A stretch of DNA of 64,000 bases, taken from contig CBDFIQ010000002.1 in NCBI GenBank assembly GCA_965248195.1, forward strand, positions 1,888,001-1,952,000. Direction: 5' to 3'. The notes under the pieces are model-generated. The model did not search any database. It was not told the DNA's origin and saw nothing but the letters and a program-made list of their open reading frames with translations. Made by a program: the position numbers and the translations under genes. This document shows positions 38,785 through 47,687 of this stretch, piece by piece (the first letter of the stretch is position 1; each line of letters starts with the position of its first letter). Origin of the DNA: Longimicrobiales bacterium. GTDB taxonomy: Bacteria; Gemmatimonadota; Gemmatimonadetes; Longimicrobiales; Gaopeijiaceae.

Positions 38785-41649
38785 CTAGAACAGGTCGTAC
38801 CGGACCCGCACCATGATGAACCGGCCAATCTCGGGTACGCCGACGAAGCTCCTGTACCCGTTGTCGAACAAGTTGCTTACCGTCAGCTGAAGCGTCGCCT
38901 GGGTCTGGGGAACCTTATAGCCGAGCGTTAGGTCGACCAGTTGGAAGCCCTCCACACAAGTCTCCTCGAAAAGGATGCCCCTGGACTGGGTCTCGCACGG
39001 AAACGTCCCGACGAATCCGGCGGACTCCGCCGGGAAACCCGACGTGATTCGAAGCCGTGCCTCCGCATTTAAGCCCACGCGGGCGTCCCGATACGCCAGA
39101 GACACGGTGCCCTTGGCCTTCGGCGCGTTGAGAGAGATCGGTACGATCCCGTTTTCCACTTCGGGGGGGTCCGAGCCGCTGCCACCCCCCAGGTCGAAGT
39201 AGTCGTCAGTCACGAACGACGCAGTCGACGACAGTGTCCACTTGTCATTCAGAAATGCCTTGATCGAAAAATCCGCCCCGTACATGTCCACGTCACCGGC
39301 GTTGACATAAGTCACCAACAGATTCGGCGCGCTTCCCTCCACCTCATTGGACGAAACCACTCCAAGCGGAATTTCGGCCATACCAGGTGTGCCGCCCACA
39401 CCATCACCCCCGTCAGCCAGGGTCGTGGCTTGGACTATCGCAGTCGCCTGGGCGGTCACGGGATCGAGGCCCCCCGCTACGAGCGCCGCAGTGAGCGACG
39501 GCACCAGAAAGCCCACCATAGACGATCCATCGAGCAGGAGCAGCGGCGTCCGGAAGATCAACGGGGAAACGAAATTCTCCCTTTTGGAATACCACACGTC
39601 CGCCGCCAGGACTATCCTGTTGTTTATGAGGCCCTGATAGCCCACTTCGAAGGTCGTCGTGGTGCTCTCCTTGAGCTTTTCGACCGAGGGCACGGCGCCG
39701 GCCGTAAGAGGCGCTACCCCACTCGTCGCCGGGTCCAGGAGGTTGATCCCTATGTCAGCCGCGGTGGGAGACAGGCTTGCCAGAAGCCCGGCCGTGGGTG
39801 CATCGATCGCCCCCTGCGCTGCCAGCAGGCCCACTCCCAACTGCCAGAGCGTCGGCACGTCAGCGGGAATCAAACCCGGCCCACCCGGGTTGAAGGGGGA
39901 GCGCATGCCGGTGAGGCTACCGTCGGGGTTCTGGAAGACGAAGCCCTCGGTCGGCCCCTGGGCCTGCACCCTGTATCCCAAAGGACCCAGAGCCCCCGCC
40001 GGCCCTCCCGAAATGTCCAGGAACAGGTTGAGCGTCGAGGGCGTCGAGAACGCACGGTTGAAGGTGGCTCGGAAGCTGTGGTTCTCGGCCGGCTCGAAGA
40101 CCAGCGCGGCTCGCGGCGAGTAAACGTTGTCGTCGAGCCTGGAGTGCGTGTCCAGCCGGCCCGCCAGAACGAGGTCCAACTGGTCTGTCAACGCGGTCTT
40201 CGACTGGATGTACGCGCCGAATTCCTCGATGTTGTCATCGGCCTCGTTTCTGCCGTTGATCGTGCCTTCGGTCCGAGGGTTCGTGAAGAAGTAGTCGATC
40301 CCGTACGTGAAGTCCTGCCGGCCATCGAGGAGATCGCCCCCGTGCTGGATCTGCCCGACGAACATGCGAGACCGATCTGCAAGGGGCACGCCGTCTCGCA
40401 GGAGGTAGCTGTCACCTGCGTCCGTCGTGTTGACGTAGGCTTGCGCGAAGAGCCGCTCAACGTTGACCCTGGCTTGGTAGTACGCATACTTCCAGTCCTC
40501 CACCTGACCCGCGCCCAAGCCTGTGAGCTCGATCCCCTCGACGTTCGTGAGGCCGAAGTCCAGGCTCAAACGGCCATCATCCGCGAACCCATAATCCGCC
40601 CGGGCATCCACCGATTGACGCCTGAAGTCGAAGCCGTCGAAATCACGAACCCCCACTCGGTCGAAGGCCAGATTCGCATCCCCTTGGCTCAAGCCCCGAG
40701 CTATCCTCTCGGCGACGAACGCCGTTTGATCAGCACTCGCCGCAGCGCGCGCCGCGACTTCCGCGGGGTCCGTGAAGCGCCACTCATTCCCCTGAATCTG
40801 TTGGGCTGAAATCTTGAAGCCGAAGTTATCCGACAGCTTGTGGGCCGTCCGAAACGCCCCTTGCCAAGTGTTTTTTTCTCCTCCGCCCAGGGTTACGCTG
40901 GTCCCCTGACTCTCCAGGGGGGACTTCGTGATCATGTGGACAACGCCGTTGGCCGTATTGGGCCCGTAGAGGGCTGAGCCCGGTCCCAGAACGACCTCGA
41001 TCCTCTCCAGGTCGTCATTGGTGGTTGGAATCCAGTGCAGGAGATTGACACGGAGCGAGGGAATGCCGGCGATCCGGTTGTCCACAAGCGTGTGCAGGGA
41101 GCCCGAAAAGATGTTGTTGAATCCACGGAGCACGACGTTCGTGGACTGCACCCCATGCTGGATGACGTCGACACCCGGCGCCGCCCTCAGGTGATCCACC
41201 GGTGTGACCGCGGCCCTCTCCGCGACTTCGGTCACTCCCACCACAAAGGTCGTGGCTGGCGCCTCGGTATTTTTTTCGGGCCCCCTGGAGGCCGTGATTA
41301 CGATCGGATTCAGTTCCAGCGCCTCCGAGGTCAGTTGGAGATCGAGCGTCGTGGTCGCCCCGGCCCGAATACGGATGCCGTCTTCACGGTGGTCCCGGTA
41401 TCCGAGCGTGGAGATCACCACGGCGTACGTCCCCGGCGCTAGCGAGATCGTGAACTGTCCCGATGTGTTGGTCAGGGTTGTGGTTCCGCCGCTCCGCAGG
41501 ACCTCGACGCCGGCGGAGACCATGGGTGCCCCATTTTCGATATCAGTGAGCGTTCCAGTGAGCGTCCCGTTCTGTGCCGAGAGCGTGGCGGCTCCTCCCG
41601 TGAGAATCGAACCGAAAACACAGCCGGAGATCAGTAGCTTCGCACGCAT
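38785..41649 (-). CDS. TonB-dependent receptor
   Basis: Signal peptide, carboxypeptidase-regulatory-like N-domain, plug (IEVVLGPGSALYG), NLFD, terminal YDLF. Confidence 0.93.
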   Translation of the reverse strand: MRAKLLISGCVFGSILTGGAATLSAQNGTLTGTLTDIENGAPMVSAGVEVLRSGGTTTLTNTSGQFTISLAPGTYAVVISTLGYRDHREDGIRIRAGATTTLDLQLTSEALELNPIVITASRGPEKNTEAPATTFVVGVTEVAERAAVTPVDHLRAAPGVDVIQHGVQSTNVVLRGFNNIFSGSLHTLVDNRIAGIPSLRVNLLHWIPTTNDDLERIEVVLGPGSALYGPNTANGVVHMITKSPLESQGTSVTLGGGEKNTWQGAFRTAHKLSDNFGFKISAQQIQGNEWRFTDPAEVAARAAASADQTAFVAERIARGLSQGDANLAFDRVGVRDFDGFDFRRQSVDARADYGFADDGRLSLDFGLTNVEGIELTGLGAGQVEDWKYAYYQARVNVERLFAQAYVNTTDAGDSYLLRDGVPLADRSRMFVGQIQHGGDLLDGRQDFTYGIDYFFTNPRTEGTINGRNEADDNIEEFGAYIQSKTALTDQLDLVLAGRLDTHSRLDDNVYSPRAALVFEPAENHSFRATFNRAFSTPSTLNLFLDISGGPAGALGPLGYRVQAQGPTEGFVFQNPDGSLTGMRSPFNPGGPGLIPADVPTLWQLGVGLLAAQGAIDAPTAGLLASLSPTAADIGINLLDPATSGVAPLTAGAVPSVEKLKESTTTTFEVGYQGLINNRIVLAADVWYSKRENFVSPLIFRTPLLLLDGSSMVGFLVPSLTAALVAGGLDPVTAQATAIVQATTLADGGDGVGGTPGMAEIPLGVVSSNEVEGSAPNLLVTYVNAGDVDMYGADFSIKAFLNDKWTLSSTASFVTDDYFDLGGGSGSDPPEVENGIVPISLNAPKAKGTVSLAYRDARVGLNAEARLRITSGFPAESAGFVGTFPCETQSRGILFEETCVEGFQLVDLTLGYKVPQTQATLQLTVSNLFDNGYRSFVGVPEIGRFIMVRVRYDLF

Positions 41650-41694
41650 GACACCCCCCCCTCAAGAATCGAGCACTCCCGGAACCTACGTCGG

Positions 41695-41771
41695 ACCCCA
41701 CAGATGGTCCTCTTGCGGACCCGCACGAGCGTCCAGAGTCGCCTCCCGGGCGGGAAGAGGACCCACGGGGT
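41695..41771 (-). promoter_or_regulatory. Candidate structured 5' UTR RNA
   Basis: Nested stems forming a three-way junction just downstream of TATAAT (41783-41788, minus strand). Confidence 0.45.
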
Positions 41772-41932
41772 TGCGAAAGGAAATTATACAAGGGACAATG
41801 CGTGGGCAATGAACACCCTCTCCATGACTTCATGCCGAATTGGAGCCGATTTGTGGTGACATCGATTCCCGGATTCCTCCTGTTCACGGCAAGGCGAAAG
41901 CGGATCACCTCCCCCAGTCCGGCCATACCCCC

Positions 41933-42682
41933 ATGTGCCGCCTGACCGCCTACGCAGGCGAGCCCCTCGCGGCCGACCCGCTGGTCTTCGGTGGAACGCA
42001 CTCGCTCCTCCAGCAAAGCTCCGCTCCGGGGGAGTTGCTTCATGGCCACGTGAACGCCGATGGTTACGGGGTGGTGTGGTACAGGGGTGCTACGCCCGTT
42101 CGGACGGGTGCTGCCCGTCCGATCTGGCAGGACGAAGACCTTCGTGCTCTCCTCGAGGGTGTCTCCTCTTCCACGATCCTCGCCGCGGTTCGTAACGCCA
42201 CGCCCGGCATTCCCATCGCCGGAGGGAATCAGCCGCTCCTCCACGGCCGGTGGAGCTTCATCTTGAATGGTTTTGTCGAGAATTTCCGCGAGAGTCACAT
42301 GCGCACGCTACGGTCTCACCTCCCGGACGACCTCTACGGGCACCTCGCGGGCCCCTCCGATAGCGAAACACTTTTCCTGCTCGCGGTTTCCACCATCCAG
42401 ACCGGAGCCTCACGCCTCGACGCGTTGCGCCGTGTGCGGGACCTGGTGCTCGAGACCGTGCGGGCGGAAAATCATGCGGCGCAACTCACCATGGTTCTGG
42501 CGGACGGGGATGGAATCGGTGTACTCAACACCGGCTCCGAGGGCACCACGAACTCTCTCTATCTCGCCCGCGGCCATCCCATGGCGCCCGACGGTACCCT
42601 GCTGGCTTCTGAGCGTCTCGACGACCATTCCTCATGGGAACCAGTCGCATCGCACGATGACGTTGAACTCATTTCCCCGTAA
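41933..42682 (+). CDS. egtC: Ergothioneine biosynthesis amidohydrolase (class II GATase fold)
   Basis: MCRL..Y start, NADGYG, AAVRNAT, NG and SDSE motifs; adjacent to egtBD. Confidence 0.85.
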   Translation: MCRLTAYAGEPLAADPLVFGGTHSLLQQSSAPGELLHGHVNADGYGVVWYRGATPVRTGAARPIWQDEDLRALLEGVSSSTILAAVRNATPGIPIAGGNQPLLHGRWSFILNGFVENFRESHMRTLRSHLPDDLYGHLAGPSDSETLFLLAVSTIQTGASRLDALRRVRDLVLETVRAENHAAQLTMVLADGDGIGVLNTGSEGTTNSLYLARGHPMAPDGTLLASERLDDHSSWEPVASHDDVELISP

Positions 42683-42769
42683 CGTGTTAAGCGACGTTAT
42701 TGAATGTTGTTTATCACATCTCGAGCGGACTCACGACATATCTGAAGCGGACTCTGGGAACCCTGGTAC

Positions 42770-43807
42770 TCAGATCGGCGACACGAGGGCCATGGAGTAG
42801 AGTCCGTCCTCATCCGTGCACCATCTCACGATTTCCAGGCGAGCCGGTTCGAGCATTCGGGTGAGTAATGGCCGGTCGTACTTGCAGCTCAACTCGGTCC
42901 GGATGGACTCCCCTGACCCGATCTCTACAACCCCACCCCCGGGGATTCGCACCTTCTGAGCGTTCTCGGCTACCAGGTGCATCTCGATCCGCCCCGCTCG
43001 CTCATCGTAGAACGCTTTGTGCCGAAAGGCCGCCAGGTCGAAATTCGTACCGGCTTCCTGATTGAGGGCTCGCAGTATATTGAGGTTGAACTCGGCGGTG
43101 ACTCCTTTCCCGTCGTTGTATGCCGCCTCGAGACCTTCGATCGACTTTCCCTCCCCTGGACGAAGATCCGCGCCAAGCAGAAACAGGTCACTCTCGCCCA
43201 TCGCCGATCTCACGTTGGTAAGCAGCTGATTGGCCTCCTCCCCCACGAAGTTTCCGATCGTGCTGCCCAGGAGTGCGAAGAGCACGGGCTCCGGCAAGCC
43301 ACCGACAAAATCCAAGCTCCTCGTGATATCCCTCACCTGGGGCCGTACATCCAGTGAGGGATCTTCAACTCTCAGCGACTCGGCAGTCGCCCGCAGAAAA
43401 TCACCAGCCACGTCGACGGGCGCGTAGGTACGTTCCCGTGTCCCGTGCACCATGGCAGCGAGCAAGATCCTCGTCTTCCGTGCGCTGCCCGCCCCCAGCT
43501 CCACGAGGGATGCGGGCGCCATCTCTGTGACCCAACCAGAGACCGGCGTCTTGAGAAGGCCAGTCTCGGTGCGCGTCGGATAGTATTCCGGGAGTTCCGT
43601 AATGGCTTCGAAGAGCTCGGATCCGCGGGTGTCGTAGAAGTACTTCGAGGGGAGCTGCTTCTGAGGTTGGCTCAGTCCCCACCGGACATCCTCGAGCATC
43701 CCCGTCGGTGGTGATGCCGCCACGGGCGCCCCCGCTCGGCCACCCTCGAACGCATCGGCATTCTCGCTCACCGGCAGTCCCGAGCCTCGCTCAAAGATCC
43801 CGGACAC
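42770..43807 (-). CDS. egtD: L-histidine N-alpha-methyltransferase
   Basis: K.LPSKYFYD, YYPTRTE, GSTIGN, AYND..GVTAEFN and RIEMHL motifs. Confidence 0.95.
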   Translation of the reverse strand: MSGIFERGSGLPVSENADAFEGGRAGAPVAASPPTGMLEDVRWGLSQPQKQLPSKYFYDTRGSELFEAITELPEYYPTRTETGLLKTPVSGWVTEMAPASLVELGAGSARKTRILLAAMVHGTRERTYAPVDVAGDFLRATAESLRVEDPSLDVRPQVRDITRSLDFVGGLPEPVLFALLGSTIGNFVGEEANQLLTNVRSAMGESDLFLLGADLRPGEGKSIEGLEAAYNDGKGVTAEFNLNILRALNQEAGTNFDLAAFRHKAFYDERAGRIEMHLVAENAQKVRIPGGGVVEIGSGESIRTELSCKYDRPLLTRMLEPARLEIVRWCTDEDGLYSMALVSPI

Positions 43808-45128
43808 AACGGAAGCCGCTAAAAATCTGGCGCCGAGTGGGATGGTCCCAGTTCCTGAACGTGCTACGGATTGCGGCCCCCCGCGTGGCCCAGGCTCCTC
43901 CCCTCAAGACCTTGTATTCGTCGCCGAAGAAGACCTCGGAGTATTCGGCGTAGGGGAAGGTTTGGTACCCTGGATAGGCCTGAAAACTCGCAGACGTCCA
44001 CTCCCACACGTCCCCGATCATCCCGTAGCACCCGATCGGCGATACGTTTTTTTCGTAGCTCCCAGCCGGCGCCGGGCCGAAAGTCAGTACATCGACGTTG
44101 GCGAAGGCCTGTGTGGGCGGCTCCTCGCCCCACGGGTAGGCTCGCTGGGTACCGGTCGCCGGGTCCCAGGTGGCAGCCGCCTCCCATTCGAATTCGGTGG
44201 GAAGACGCTTACCCGCGAAGGCGGCGAAGGCCTCCGCCTCGTGGTAGCACACATGACAGACCGGCCTCCGACTGTCCAGCGGAAGGATGCGATCCATGAT
44301 CCGGATCTTCCACCCCTCCCCACCGGAGCTCCAATCCTTGGGGTGTCGGACGCCGGATTCACTTCTCCACACCCAGCCTTCGTCCGACCAGTATTCACGG
44401 GTCTCGTATCCACCTTCAGCGACGAAGTCGGCGTACGCAGCCTCCGTTACCGGTATCGTGTCGATGAGAAAAGAAGCGATTTCGACCGAATGGCGAGGCC
44501 GCTCATTGTCGTACGAGGCGCTTCTGTCGTTGCTGCCGATCGCCACTGTCCCAGAAGGGAACCGGACCATCGTTGGGTCGCCGAAGGGGCCATCCTCCGG
44601 CGGAACGGGATGAGGCACGGAAACGTCCGGATGGTACGGATCACCCGTCTTGAGTTGCAGGGTCTGAAGGATGGTCTCGTTGTGCTGGTATTCGTGCTGG
44701 AGCACCATCCGGAAGACGAAGCCGTGGTCGAGGAGGGGATTCTCACTCGCGAGGTCGAGGGTGGCGAGTCGCTCCAGCACCGCCTCGCGGACGCCGGACA
44801 TATACTCGAGGCACCCCTCGACACTCGGCAAAGGCAACTCCGCCCTGGTCTTCCTGGGATTCTCGACCGGATCGTACATTCCGCGGAGACCCTCGGAGCC
44901 ATTCAGCGAGCCTCCGAGACTCTCGATGAGCCACACCTCTTCGAAGTGCGCAATGTGGCCCAAATCCCACAGGATAGGACTCATGAGTGGGTCATGCTGG
45001 ACGCGTAGATCGGCCCCCGACACGGAACTCAGAAGACTTACGGTACGAGCACGCGCCTCCTCGAGGAGGTGCCGGATCTCAACGGCATCGAGGCGCCGTC
45101 CTACCTGAAGATTCATCTCGAGATCCAT
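43791..45128 (-). CDS. egtB: Ergothioneine sulfoxide synthase
   Basis: SP..WDLGH, QHEYQH.ET, FGE-like domain, RNWDHP.RRQIFSGFRC; start approximate. Confidence 0.95.
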   Translation of the reverse strand: MDLEMNLQVGRRLDAVEIRHLLEEARARTVSLLSSVSGADLRVQHDPLMSPILWDLGHIAHFEEVWLIESLGGSLNGSEGLRGMYDPVENPRKTRAELPLPSVEGCLEYMSGVREAVLERLATLDLASENPLLDHGFVFRMVLQHEYQHNETILQTLQLKTGDPYHPDVSVPHPVPPEDGPFGDPTMVRFPSGTVAIGSNDRSASYDNERPRHSVEIASFLIDTIPVTEAAYADFVAEGGYETREYWSDEGWVWRSESGVRHPKDWSSGGEGWKIRIMDRILPLDSRRPVCHVCYHEAEAFAAFAGKRLPTEFEWEAAATWDPATGTQRAYPWGEEPPTQAFANVDVLTFGPAPAGSYEKNVSPIGCYGMIGDVWEWTSASFQAYPGYQTFPYAEYSEVFFGDEYKVLRGGAWATRGAAIRSTFRNWDHPTRRQIFSGFRCVRDL

Positions 45129-45272
45129 CCCTGGATGATCGCCTTCCGCCCTTCTCCGGCCCTGTGGCAGGGAGTTTTCCGGTCGCAACCTAACGGTGGG
45201 TGGATTCCAGGCGAACCCCCTATTCGTTACCGATACCGGTGCGCACGCGACCATCCCACGCTATCGTGGAGG

Positions 45273-46091
45273 ATGCGCGATCAGGCTCTGCCCACCGACG
45301 GACCGGCCCTCTCGGCGAAAAACGTCGTGAAGCGGTTCGGGTCCGTTCACGTCCTCGATCGTGTCACCCTATCCCTCGAACGGGGTGATATCGTCGCGCT
45401 CGTGGGTGAAAGCGGCGCGGGCAAGACCACCCTGCTCCGCCTGTTCAACCGGATGATCTCCGCGGACAAAGGGGAGGTGTGCGTCGGGGGGCGCGACGTC
45501 CACACGTTGAACCCGGTGCAGCTGCGCCGCTCCATTGGGTACGTACAGCAGGAGGGGGGACTCATCCCGCATTGGACCGTGCTCCGGAACGCAGCGTTGG
45601 TCCCGTGGCTGCGGGGTATGGCGTCGCCGGACGAGCTCGCCTCCAAGGCGCTCGAGCTCGTCGGGTTGCCCCCCGATGAGTTCGGCAAGCGTAGGCCGCG
45701 CGAGCTCTCCGGTGGTCAGCGGCAGCGGGTGGCCCTGGCACGCGCGTTGGCCGCGGAGCCGGAGATCATTCTGCTAGACGAGCCCTTCCGAGCCCTCGAC
45801 GCCATCACACGCGCCGCCCTTGTCGAGGGCGTGCAGGGGCTTCTTCGAGAGATCGGCGTGACCGCATTGCTCGTCACTCATGACATCAGGACCGCGCTGG
45901 AAATCGCCGACCGAGTGGCGGTTCTCCGAGGAGGGAGGTTCGAGCAAATCGCTCCAGCAGCCGAGCTTCGATCATCTCCAGCATCACCGTACGTGCAACA
46001 ATTACTCCACCGGGCGGGCGAGGCATCGGCCACAGGCGAGACATCGGCCACAGGCGAGGCAGCGGCCACAGGCGAGGCAGCGGCCAGGTGA
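45273..46091 (+). CDS. ABC transporter ATP-binding protein (osmoprotectant family)
   Basis: GESGAGKT, LRRSIGYV.Q.GGL.PHWT, LSGGQ and LLDEPF; GGAGG before ATG at 45273. Confidence 0.92.
   Translation: MRDQALPTDGPALSAKNVVKRFGSVHVLDRVTLSLERGDIVALVGESGAGKTTLLRLFNRMISADKGEVCVGGRDVHTLNPVQLRRSIGYVQQEGGLIPHWTVLRNAALVPWLRGMASPDELASKALELVGLPPDEFGKRRPRELSGGQRQRVALARALAAEPEIILLDEPFRALDAITRAALVEGVQGLLREIGVTALLVTHDIRTALEIADRVAVLRGGRFEQIAPAAELRSSPASPYVQQLLHRAGEASATGETSATGEAAATGEAAAR
46017..46088 (+). repeat. 4 x 18-bp in-frame tandem repeat in the ABC ATPase tail
   Basis: GGCGAGGCATCGGCCACA-type units (GEASAT-GETSAT-GEAAAT-GEAAAR). Confidence 0.9.
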
Positions 46092-47683
46092 CTCGGCTCC
46101 GAAGGCTCGATCGGGTTCGCGCCTCCGGCCTCGCCGTCCTCTGGTTCGGCCTGGCCCTTGCCCTGTGCCCCGCGGCGACGTGGGCTCAGCGCACCCCCAT
46201 CATCGTCGCCTCGAAGCCGTTCGGAGAATCCTTTCTCCTGGCCGAGATGTTCGCCCAACTCCTGGAGAGCCGCGGTCTCGCGGTGCAACGCCGCTTCGGA
46301 CTCGGAGCCACGGAGATCGCGTTCCAGGCCCTCCGCACCGGCGCGATCGACGTTTATCCCGAGTACACCGGCACGGGTTTGGTGGCTGTGCTCGACCGAA
46401 CGCTCGAAGGGTCGCCGGGTGATGTTTTCCGCACCGTGTCTAGAGAGTTTCGCGAACGCTGGGGAACGCATTGGCTTCCGCCGCTCGGGTTTGAGAACAC
46501 CTACGCCATCGCCGTGCGGCGTGAGTCCGCGGAGGCCGACGGATTACGCACGCTTACCGATCTCGCACGTGTGGCCGACCGATACGTTGGCGGGTTTTCC
46601 CCCGACTTCATCGGCCGGCCCGACGGGTTGCCGGGATTACAGGCCGCATACGGCCTGCGAGTTCAGGCGCAACGATCCTTGCTCCAGGCCGTCAAGTACG
46701 AAGCGCTGGACCGCCGGGAGGTCGACGTGGTCGATGGGTACTCCACCGACGGTCGCATCGATAGGTACGATTTCGTGGTGTTGGAGGACGACCTCGGGTT
46801 CTTCCCGCCGTATCAGGCCTCACCGCTCGTGGGACGCCGGCTTTGGGAAACCCGCCCGGAAGCCGTGCGAGCGCTATCTGAGCTGGCCGGCATGCTGGAC
46901 GAGGAGGGGATGCGAGCGCTCAACCGCAGAGTTGAAGTCGAGGGAGAGGAACTCGCAACCGTCGCACGAGAGGCGTTGACGGACATGGGACTGGTCGCGG
47001 GTCCCGCCATTCGCATCGTGAGGGGCGCCGAGGGACGCGCGGGGTCACTCGGAGTCTACCTTTTCGCTCGCCGAGCCGAGATCCTCGACCTCACGACACG
47101 GCACATACTTCTCGTAATGGTGTCGCTGGTAGGCGCGACCCTGGTGGCGATCCCGCTCGGGCTCCTGCTGGAGCGAATCCGACGAGGAGCGGAGGGGGTC
47201 ATCCGGGCGATCGGGCTCTTCCAGACCATTCCCAGCATCGCACTTCTCGCGTTCATGATCCCGCTTCTCGGGATCGGCGTGGTGCCAGCCTTGGTGGCGC
47301 TTTTTCTCTACTCGCTGTTCCCGATCCTCCGGAATACCTATACGGGCATTACCGATGCCGATCCCGCCGCCGTGGACTCGGCCCGCTCTCTGGGGATGAC
47401 GGAGACACAGATCCTGAAATACATACGCTTTCCGCTCGCGATCCCCGTGATCATGGCGGGCGTGCGCACGGCGGCCGTCATTACCGTAGGAACGGCGACG
47501 TTGGCGGCGTTCATCGGCGCCGGAGGCTTGGGTGACCCGATCGTGGCGGGCCTCGCCCTCAGTGACTCCCGGATGATTCTGTCGGGGGCGATCCCCGCCG
47601 CAGCGCTCGCTTTCGCGGTGGATGGCGCCCTTGGCGTACTTCAAAGGATCGTGACGCCCACCGGTCTCGAAATCGCCGGATAA
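46088..47683 (+). CDS. Fused betaine-family substrate-binding protein + permease
   Basis: SK.F.E, YPEYTGT, NTY, YSTDG and FFPPY, then QTIPSIAL and GAGGLG permease motifs. Confidence 0.92.
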   Translation: MTRLRRLDRVRASGLAVLWFGLALALCPAATWAQRTPIIVASKPFGESFLLAEMFAQLLESRGLAVQRRFGLGATEIAFQALRTGAIDVYPEYTGTGLVAVLDRTLEGSPGDVFRTVSREFRERWGTHWLPPLGFENTYAIAVRRESAEADGLRTLTDLARVADRYVGGFSPDFIGRPDGLPGLQAAYGLRVQAQRSLLQAVKYEALDRREVDVVDGYSTDGRIDRYDFVVLEDDLGFFPPYQASPLVGRRLWETRPEAVRALSELAGMLDEEGMRALNRRVEVEGEELATVAREALTDMGLVAGPAIRIVRGAEGRAGSLGVYLFARRAEILDLTTRHILLVMVSLVGATLVAIPLGLLLERIRRGAEGVIRAIGLFQTIPSIALLAFMIPLLGIGVVPALVALFLYSLFPILRNTYTGITDADPAAVDSARSLGMTETQILKYIRFPLAIPVIMAGVRTAAVITVGTATLAAFIGAGGLGDPIVAGLALSDSRMILSGAIPAAALAFAVDGALGVLQRIVTPTGLEIAG

Positions 47684-47687
47684 ATCC

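Noticed and set aside
39430..40809. Long antisense ORFs (also 14047-15120, 33174-34151, 43842-45008, 6243-7085)
   Set aside because: Shadow frames opposite well-supported genes in GC-rich DNA; no motifs
43791..45128. Selenoneine (SenA) or ovothiol (OvoA) assignment
   Set aside because: No senB/senC nearby and no C-terminal methyltransferase; egtC and egtD are adjacent
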